A DNA stretch of 10,078 bases from the NCBI GenBank assembly GCA_042216335.1, contig JBDGTY010000013.1, positions 13,355 through 23,432 on the forward strand, read 5' to 3'. Positions 1 to 5,652 of the stretch are shown here, in pieces; the first letter of the stretch is position 1; the number at the start of each line of letters is the position of its first letter. Position numbers and translations under genes: made by a program. This stretch comes from Candidatus Nanohalobium sp. GTDB taxonomy: Archaea > Nanohalarchaeota > Nanosalinia > Nanosalinales > Nanosalinaceae. The notes under the pieces were generated by a model. It was not told the origin of the DNA. It did not search any database and was given only the letters and a program-made list of their open reading frames with translations.

Positions 1-288
1 GAAGCTGTTGTCGTGGAACTGGTGGACCTTCTCGCCCTCCTCTGCAGGTAATTGAATCATCTGGATGGCGTTATCGTATGGGTACTTGTTGATCGCCATC
101 TTGTGAGCCTCCATCACGTCCTCCTCAGCGATGTGGAGTTCCTCGTTCTCGTCGATGTAGAAACCGCCCTCTTTTCCTGCACGATTCAAGGGGTCGTAGT
201 TGATGACTGTTTCACGGGCCAGGTCAGGCTCGATCTTGTCCTGATCGATTACGACGACGAAGCGCTTGCTGTTTTTACCTTTCTCCAT
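1..288 (-). CDS. rli: ABCE1/RLI ribosome-recycling ATPase, N-terminal 96 aa (partial, continues beyond window start); Fe-S-like domain lacks Cys
   Basis: Manual translation from ATG 288: MEKGKNSKRFVVVIDQDKIEPDLARETVINYDPLNRAGKEGGFYIDENEELHIAEEDVMEAHKMAINKYPYDNAIQMIQLPAEEGEKVHQFHDNSF. It follows the archaeal ABCE1 N-terminal pattern (IAVID.DKC.P..C...C...CP.NR.G...I.EE.C..C..C..KCPF.AI.I.NLP......VHRYG.N.F) colinearly. GAGGT SD-like motif upstream. The ATPase domains lie outside the window. Confidence 0.85.
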   Translation of the reverse strand, partial: MEKGKNSKRFVVVIDQDKIEPDLARETVINYDPLNRAGKEGGFYIDENEELHIAEEDVMEAHKMAINKYPYDNAIQMIQLPAEEGEKVHQFHDNSF

Positions 289-319
289 AACTGGAAGTTT
301 ACCTCAAAGAATTAAAGTT

Positions 320-1321
320 CTAGTTAAGCTTCCGGCTCCTCTTCCTCAGTTCATCCATGTCCAGATCCTCAAGCTCGGCAGAATAGTACCTGTCCCTCAG
401 TTCTTTCAGCTCCTCTCTTCCGTACGGGAATGTCAGCCTCTTCCACAGACCTTTCCATTCCATGTAGTTAGGTAGCTGGTCGGCGTACGTTCTGCCGGCG
501 CGGAAAAGGTCCTGGAACGTGTCTAACTTTGTGGGCTCGATCACTTTCATATCTTTGATTTCACCTAGTGGTATCTCTCCGCTCTCAAGTTTCTCTATCG
601 CAGAATCTTCCAGCAGTCCGATTCCTCCGAGGCCGCTGGGCAGGTGGACGTGATGGTCGTGCTCCACTATCATCTGCGCATCGTATTTTTCTGCAAGTCT
701 TTGTACGTTGATTTCGCTGTCTGTTTCTCCACGCGCGTTCCTGTCGATGTTGACAGGGTATGCGTACGTGTAAGGTATGAAGAGTTCTGCGGAGGATTCT
801 TTAATCGTTTCACATACTTCTTCCAGTTCCTCCATATCCATGCCGAATTCCCCGAGGAAGGGGTGCGCAGGATGAGCAAAAGCTGCGTCTTCAAGAACTT
901 CTGAAAGCTCTTCCCCTTCTATGTTGTAGTACTCTTTTTCTTCGCGCAGTGGGAGGCCTACCAGAACCAGATGGCTGTCCCTCCTCCTGTAGGATGCCTC
1001 CACTCCGTTGATTATCGCTACCTTGGAATCTTCGTGCTCCATTACCAGGCTTCGCTCGTTCAGTTCGTAGCTGCCGCCCAGTTCTTCGGCTTCCTCACCA
1101 AGTTCCCTGAAGAAACCTTCTCTGTTTGTCCTGTAGTGTTCTGTCAGTACTATGACTGCCTTCTGGCCTTCCCCCAGTTTTTCCAGTATCTTCACCGGGT
1201 CGCCAAGATGGTTGATTCCTTTCCACTCCGGCTCCTCCGTCAGTTCGTTAACGTAATCTGTTGACTTCTCGGTGTGGAAGTGGTGGAGGAATAGGGTGTT
1301 CCTGGTTTCTGTGGCGTCCAT
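320..1321 (-). CDS. PHP-family (polymerase/histidinol phosphatase-like) metal-dependent phosphoesterase
   Basis: Ordered PHP motifs: HHFHTEKSTD (HxHT..SD), LTEH (TDH-like), GVE, HLVLVGL, AHPF, EHDHH (SDAH-like). Acidic 333-aa ORF. Confidence 0.7.
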   Translation of the reverse strand: MDATETRNTLFLHHFHTEKSTDYVNELTEEPEWKGINHLGDPVKILEKLGEGQKAVIVLTEHYRTNREGFFRELGEEAEELGGSYELNERSLVMEHEDSKVAIINGVEASYRRRDSHLVLVGLPLREEKEYYNIEGEELSEVLEDAAFAHPAHPFLGEFGMDMEELEEVCETIKESSAELFIPYTYAYPVNIDRNARGETDSEINVQRLAEKYDAQMIVEHDHHVHLPSGLGGIGLLEDSAIEKLESGEIPLGEIKDMKVIEPTKLDTFQDLFRAGRTYADQLPNYMEWKGLWKRLTFPYGREELKELRDRYYSAELEDLDMDELRKRSRKLN

Positions 1322-1359
1322 GTGTGGTTTTCGGAAGCTAGTTAGAAATAAGTTTTTGG

Positions 1360-1746
1360 TCAGAGGCTGGTGTCAATCGCGCTTACAATCTTATTTTCTA
1401 TGTCTCTGACCTCGTTCCTTGTCAGCCCCCATACGCGTGTCATGTCCTCTGTCTCTGCGTCCCAGATCCCGGCGTATCCATGGTTCTCAAGTGCCTCGTT
1501 CAAACTGCCTGTGTACTGGGAGGTCTTGCCGAGGTAGTGCTGGATCTCCTGGTTAGTTATCTTGCTGACAGGGATGTTGTTGAATGAGGAGCCTTCTCGC
1601 TCCGGCTTCTCGGTGATTATCTCATCCACTGCTCCGTAAACCTGTGAGAAACCGCCGAGAATAGAGGAGTTGCCGTCGGGCCTGTAAACCCACGAGGCTT
1701 TCTTCTCCCTGATAAATTCGGAAAGCTCCTCCCTAGGCCCTTTCAT
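1360..1746 (-). CDS. hypothetical protein (about 128 aa)
   Basis: Acidic ORF. ATG at 1746 lies 4 nt after the stop of the NusA-like gene, preferred over the TTG at 1758. No recognisable motif. Confidence 0.65.
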   Translation of the reverse strand: MKGPREELSEFIREKKASWVYRPDGNSSILGGFSQVYGAVDEIITEKPEREGSSFNNIPVSKITNQEIQHYLGKTSQYTGSLNEALENHGYAGIWDAETEDMTRVWGLTRNEVRDIENKIVSAIDTSL

Positions 1747-1750
1747 GGCT

Positions 1751-2254
1751 TTATTCAAAGCTGATCTGGTAGTAGGTTCCTGTGATCTTCTCGATGATGT
1801 CCTCTAGTTCGTCCGTGGACATGTTGATCTTGCCCTCGAACTCCTCATCGACCACTACCTTCTTGTGCTCGCCTTCAGGAGCGAACACCGTGTTAACTGA
1901 CTCGATCTCCGCCGGGCTCAGCAGTCCTTTGATGACTTCTCGGTCGCTCTCGCTCTTCTCAACGACACGGATACTTTTCTCGATTTCTTCCGCGACTTTC
2001 TTTACTATTTCTCCGCTTCTGCCGACTACCTTGGCTCCGTCGCCTTCGGCAGTTACCACGACGACAACGTTTTCCGTGTCGTAGATGTGGAGGATCTCCG
2101 AGTCCCGGAGGCTTCCGTATTCGTCGCTGAGTTCTTTCAGCTTTCTTGAGATTTTGATCTCGAGTTCGTTGATCTCGCCGTTCTCCAGCTTCTCCTCGCA
2201 GTTGCTGCAGAGAACGTCGCTCTTCAGACATACATTACAGATTGGCGCCTTCAT
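1751..2254 (-). CDS. nusA: archaeal NusA-like protein (NusA2 type) with N-terminal C4 zinc finger and KH domain
   Basis: MKAPICNVCLKSDVLCSNCEEKL (CxxC-x6-CxxC), KH GxxG loop VVGRSGEIVKKV, IRVVE, LLSPA..ESVNTVF. ATG 2254 lies about 24 nt below a TTTAAT box on the minus strand. Confidence 0.85.
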   Translation of the reverse strand: MKAPICNVCLKSDVLCSNCEEKLENGEINELEIKISRKLKELSDEYGSLRDSEILHIYDTENVVVVVTAEGDGAKVVGRSGEIVKKVAEEIEKSIRVVEKSESDREVIKGLLSPAEIESVNTVFAPEGEHKKVVVDEEFEGKINMSTDELEDIIEKITGTYYQISFE

Positions 2255-2293
2255 ATACAAGTCCGCGTCGTGAAAAATTAAATAGGTGGAGAC

Positions 2294-2788
2294 TCACCGC
2301 AGGGAAAGGAAAAGCTGGCGCCCCGACTCAACAACGGCGGCGCCGCCGACAACTAGAAGGCCGTAGAACACTATGTACTCGTTGAAGGATCCTGCGACCA
2401 GTGTTGCAGCAAGTATAGCGACTCTCTCCTGCCTGCCGATTATCTCGACATTGGAAGACCTGAGTCTGTCCTTCAGCATCAGGTGGAACGAGTTCTGGAA
2501 GCCGACGGCCACGGCTGCGAAGAAAACCGGTAGAGCAGCCGGTGAGAAAAAGTAGGCTGAGAACAATCCCAGGAACTCGATAAGATTAGCAGAGAGAGAA
2601 TGCAGCACCTTCGATGTATCAGTTCGTCCCTTCATCCTCGCCACTTTCACGCCCTGCCTGTAGAGCAGGAATGAAGCTGCCACGGATGTTCCGGTTATCG
2701 CCGGGTTCCCGACGATGATGCTTGCTCCCGTTCCGAGCACCATTGCTGCTATCGATGCAAGCGTCCACATGTAGTAATTGTTTGCCAC
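2294..2788 (-). CDS. multi-pass membrane protein resembling CDP-alcohol phosphatidyltransferases, catalytic Asp motif degenerate
   Basis: Several hydrophobic segments, a G-x-x-x-AR-x-x-G segment and a C-terminal IGRQERVAIL (GR.ER motif). Start uncertain: GTG 2788 or ATG 2770; the TTG extension to 2857 runs through a promoter-like and hairpin sequence. Confidence 0.6.
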   Translation of the reverse strand: MANNYYMWTLASIAAMVLGTGASIIVGNPAITGTSVAASFLLYRQGVKVARMKGRTDTSKVLHSLSANLIEFLGLFSAYFFSPAALPVFFAAVAVGFQNSFHLMLKDRLRSSNVEIIGRQERVAILAATLVAGSFNEYIVFYGLLVVGGAAVVESGRQLFLSLR

Positions 2789-2812
2789 TGTGAGAATGTT
2801 ATCGATGTCAAG

Positions 2813-2828
2813 TGTTAACAGTTTTTCG
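2813..2828 (-). promoter_or_regulatory. putative BRE+TATA promoter for the membrane-protein gene
   Basis: Minus strand CGAAAAACTGTTAACA, about 25 nt upstream of GTG 2788. Confidence 0.4.
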
Positions 2829-2829
2829 A

Positions 2830-3300
2830 TGCGGAAATCCCGGGGATTTTCCCGCAAACCGAAGATAATTCTTGTCCTGGATTTTTAGAAGATAAAGCCC
2901 GGTCGGGTGAACGCTTCCGGTGCAGGAAAAGGGGGGGAGGGGAGTGTTTTTCGAGATTTTTTCTCGAAAAGGTTCCTGCAGTCCTTCCACGTTCACCCAT
3001 CTGGGCTGTTGAAAATATTGTGTTTGGGAGGAGCCCGAGCCTGAAACAAAAAGGGGGGGGAGGGGAGTGTTTTTGCTTTGGGCTCATGACTCCTCCTAAC
3101 ATAGCGACGAAAATCGAAGATTTTCTGGAGTCGAAGACTTCTCTGTCTTCTGTGCCGAGAAACCTGTCAGGGTTTCGGCCCAGAAACCTTCGGTTTTCGT
3201 ACTTTAGGCCTCTAAGAGGCCCTTGCTGAAATCCTGGTGGACTCCAGCTTGGCGAAAATCCTCTCGGATTTTCTGGATTCACAAAATTCAAAGAGTTTTG
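2830..3300. ncRNA. putative structured non-coding element (RNA or ssDNA structure) downstream of ftsZ
   Basis: About ten hairpins or nested helices readable by eye (e.g. GGGTGAACG/CGTTCACCC, TGCAGGAA/TTCCTGCA, TTTTCGAGA/TCTCGAAAA, TGGAGTC/GACTCCA, GAAAATCC/GGATTTTC). No credible protein-coding ORF. Confidence 0.55.
2927..3074 (+). repeat. direct repeat AAAAG7-8AGGGGAGTGTTTTT, two copies (2927-2951, 3049-3074)
   Basis: Seen directly; the copies differ only by one G in the G-run. Confidence 0.95.
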
Positions 3301-3301
3301 A

Positions 3302-4372
3302 TCATCCGTTCATTACTTCCAGTCCGAGGTCGTTGACGTCGCCTGTGACTTCTGTCTCTGATTCTTCGTCGATGTCTCCGAGGACGTATGGGCTTTCCAC
3401 TCCTGTGATGATGGAGATTACCTGAATCTTACCCTGAAGTTCTTCCTTGACTCTTGCGCCCCAGATCGTCTGTGCCTGGTTGTTGAGTTTGGATTTGACG
3501 TGCTGCCCGACCTCGTTGATTTCGTTAAGTGTAAGGTCGTTGCCTCCTGCGACGTGGAGCAGTGCTCCGTTTGCGCCGTCGAAGTTGACGTCTAGCAGCG
3601 GGTTGCTTAGTGCTTCGTGGATTGCTTCCTTTCCTTTGTTGTTTGTATCTGACTCTCCGTATCCTACTACTGCTACGCCTCCGTCATTCATGATCGCCTG
3701 GACGTCTGCGTAGTCCAGATTGACGAGTGAAGGCTTTGATATCGTCTCCGTTATGCCTTTGATCATCGTGGTGATGAGTTCGTCGGCTACTCCGAATGCC
3801 TGGTCGAGAGGCATGTCTCCTGCGATATCGAGGAGTTTGTCGTTTTCAATAACGATCGCGGTGTCGACGTGCTGCCTCAGTTTGTAGAGACCATCTTCTG
3901 CCTTGCTCATCCTTGCGCCCTCGATCTCGAATGGCATAGTCACTGTTCCAATCACTATGCAGTCCTCCTTCTTCGCGATCTCTGCAAGTACAGGTGAGAC
4001 TCCTGTTCCTGTTCCTCCTCCCATCCCTGCGGTGAGGAAGACCATGTCAGCGTCCTTGAACAGGTTTCTCAGTTCGGCACGGTTTTCTTCGGCGGCACGG
4101 GACCCTGTCTCTGGGTCTCCACCTGCTCCAAGGCCCTTAGTCAGGTCTCTTCCTACCAGTATCTTCCTGTCAGCGGAAGACATCTCCAGGTGCTGCTTGT
4201 CTGTGTTGATTGCGACAGTCTCGGCACCTTCAACATCCTTGTTCTGGATACGAGTTACCTGGTTGTTCCCGGCACCCCCAGCGCCGACTACCAGGATTTT
4301 GGCATCTCTTACATCATCTAGGTTTTCCGAGGTTTTGGAGTCGTTTTCAGCGTTGTCGATTATAGATTCCAT
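3302..4372 (-). CDS. ftsZ: cell division GTPase FtsZ (archaeal FtsZ2-like)
   Basis: VVGAGGAGNN, NTDKQHL, GLGAGGDP, tubulin signature GMGGGTGTG, NLDYADV, IWGAR, C-terminal DLGLEVM. NTDKQHL, GAGGDP, LDYAD and GGVAV resemble haloarchaeal FtsZ2 more than FtsZ1. Confidence 0.97.
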   Translation of the reverse strand: MESIIDNAENDSKTSENLDDVRDAKILVVGAGGAGNNQVTRIQNKDVEGAETVAINTDKQHLEMSSADRKILVGRDLTKGLGAGGDPETGSRAAEENRAELRNLFKDADMVFLTAGMGGGTGTGVSPVLAEIAKKEDCIVIGTVTMPFEIEGARMSKAEDGLYKLRQHVDTAIVIENDKLLDIAGDMPLDQAFGVADELITTMIKGITETISKPSLVNLDYADVQAIMNDGGVAVVGYGESDTNNKGKEAIHEALSNPLLDVNFDGANGALLHVAGGNDLTLNEINEVGQHVKSKLNNQAQTIWGARVKEELQGKIQVISIITGVESPYVLGDIDEESETEVTGDVNDLGLEVMNG

Positions 4373-4442
4373 TGTAGTACCAGCCTTGCGTTTAGCACAA
4401 CCTTTTTAAGTGCAGAGACCTAACTCTACCTGTAGAAAGACT

Positions 4443-4600
4443 GAGTCTTGCCCAAGACTCGATACATGCCCAAATACTGATTCGAACTTTGCCCAAAGTT
4501 CGAGACTGATACCAAACGTTCAATCGTAATCTGTAAGCCCGTTTCGAACTCGTGCCCGCGAGTCGAAACATGAATCATGTCATCGTCCGCCCAAGGACGA
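4443..4600. ncRNA. array of GCCC(+)/GGGC(-)-loop hairpins; putative structured ftsZ 5' leader or sRNA
   Basis: GAGTCTT-GCCC-AAGACTC (4443-4460), weak ATACAT-GCCC-AAATAC (4462-4477), TCGAACTTT-GCCC-AAAGTTCGA (4482-4503), GTTTCGAACTCGT-GCCC-GCGAGTCGAAAC (4541-4569), TCGTCC-GCCCAA-GGACGA (4583-4600). Confidence 0.6.
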
Positions 4601-4636
4601 ATCAAATCTATCTTAAACTAACATTTCAACTCCCGC

Positions 4637-4651
4637 TTTATAAATCTTCTG
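4637..4651 (-). promoter_or_regulatory. putative BRE+TATA promoter for ftsZ
   Basis: TTTATAAA at 4637-4644, preceded by purine-rich CAGAAGA on the minus strand only; implies a transcription start near 4612. Confidence 0.5.
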
Positions 4652-4752
4652 TTACCTCGACGTTTCAACTCCACTGTTCACGAACGTTCACAGAACTGAA
4701 AACATTCCCTGCCCAGATTAATACTATAAGAATTCACACCTGCGAACTACCT

Positions 4753-5031
4753 ATGGTCGACGCAGAAGAAGTCAGACAGGTAGCGGAGAACGCCAGAATC
4801 AAGGTAGAAGATGGGGAAGCGGAAAACTTTGCAGAAGACTTCGAAGACATACTCGAGATGTTCGAAACACTCGACGAGATAGACACGGAAGGCGTCGAAC
4901 CAGCCTTCCACCCGGTAGAAACAGGATCCAAAGCCAGGGAGGACGAGGAAGAGGAGACGCTGGAAAAAGAAAAAGTCTTCCAGAATACCGAAAACGAGGA
5001 AGACGGATACTTCAAAGGCCCGAGTGCATAG
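4753..5031 (+). CDS. gatC: Asp-tRNA(Asn)/Glu-tRNA(Gln) amidotransferase subunit C
   Basis: 92 aa from ATG 4753: EEVRQVAENARI..., ILEMFETLDEIDTEGVEP..HP, RED, DGYFKGP. The ORF-track extension from 4552 is non-coding-like. Confidence 0.93.
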   Translation: MVDAEEVRQVAENARIKVEDGEAENFAEDFEDILEMFETLDEIDTEGVEPAFHPVETGSKAREDEEEETLEKEKVFQNTENEEDGYFKGPSA

Positions 5032-5040
5032 AGTGAAATC

Positions 5041-5652
5041 ATGGAAGAGGGAGATCCTGTAGAATTTCACGACAGGCTGGCGGAAGATTATCTAGACGCC
5101 TTTTCAGAGCCCTCTGATTATCTGGAGAACTTTTTGCAAAAGCTTGACGTTGGCTCGAAAGTTCTCGATGCTGGCTGCGGGGCCGAAGTCGACACTTCTT
5201 ACATTGCTTCTGAAGGTTTTGAAGTCATAGGCGTTGACCTGTCCGATGAGATGCTGAGGGTTGCCCAAGAAAACTTTGGCGATCTGGACTTCAGGAAACA
5301 GGACTTGAGAAACCTCGATTTTCCAGAAAACAGTTTTGATGGCATAGTAGCTTCTTTCTCCTTAATCTATCTTGAAAAATCAGATGTTCCAAAGGCTCTG
5401 GAGGACTTCAGAGAAATGATAAAAGACGACGGGCTGCTTTTCATATCTGTACAGATAGGAGAATCCAGAGAACTCCTCGTTGACGATCCAGTGGTTGAAG
5501 GAGACATTTTCATGAACGTGGTGACAAAAAACGAGATCCACAAACTACTCACAGAGAACGGTTTCAAGGTTATGGAGGAACACCAGAGGGAGCCTAAGTC
5601 ACCTGACGAATTCAACTTCAATAAACTGTACATAATAGCAGAAGCCTCATGA
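5041..5652 (+). CDS. class I SAM-dependent methyltransferase
   Basis: Motif I VLDAGCG, GVDLS..ML, QDLRNLDFPENSFDGI, IKDDGLLFIS. Confidence 0.9.
   Translation: MEEGDPVEFHDRLAEDYLDAFSEPSDYLENFLQKLDVGSKVLDAGCGAEVDTSYIASEGFEVIGVDLSDEMLRVAQENFGDLDFRKQDLRNLDFPENSFDGIVASFSLIYLEKSDVPKALEDFREMIKDDGLLFISVQIGESRELLVDDPVVEGDIFMNVVTKNEIHKLLTENGFKVMEEHQREPKSPDEFNFNKLYIIAEAS

Noticed and set aside
52-475. Plus-strand ORFs 52..315 and 266..475
   Set aside because: Antisense shadows of the ABCE1 and PHP genes; not acidic, no motifs.
2808-3291. ORFs 2815..3291(-), 2808..2996(-) and 3020..3229(+) with poly-Pro or poly-Gly tracts
   Set aside because: Basic, low-complexity translations unlike the acidic proteome; the repeated HSPPP peptide merely reflects the G-run DNA repeat.
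2830-3300. RNase P RNA, SRP RNA or tRNA as identity of the structured region
   Set aside because: No GAGGAAAGUCC/ACAGAA..GGCUUA P4 elements, no SRP helix-8 CAGG..GGAA..AGCA motif and no tRNA cloverleaf found by eye; a cmscan would be decisive.
3076-4498. 8-nt complementarity between CTTTGGGC (3076-3083) and GCCCAAAG (4491-4498) as a 5'-3' long-range contact
   Set aside because: An 8-nt match between regions of this size is expected by chance; it would need covariation support.
4392-4578. Short minus-strand ORFs (50 aa MIHVSTRG..., 59 aa MFRLAGTS...) as cdrS or a leader peptide
   Set aside because: No ribbon-helix-helix pattern, non-acidic composition; the sequence is better explained by the hairpin array.
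4443-4600. CRISPR array or C/D-box sRNA
   Set aside because: Only 4-7 nt are shared between units, spacing is irregular and no cas genes are present; CTGA occurs but there is no C box (RTGATGA).
4552-4752. N-terminal extension of GatC in the ORF track
   Set aside because: Runs through promoter and hairpin DNA; GatC similarity begins at ATG 4753.
5176-5190. Methyltransferase motif I reads GCGAE rather than GCGxG
   Set aside because: A single substitution within normal family variation; not enough to call the enzyme inactive.
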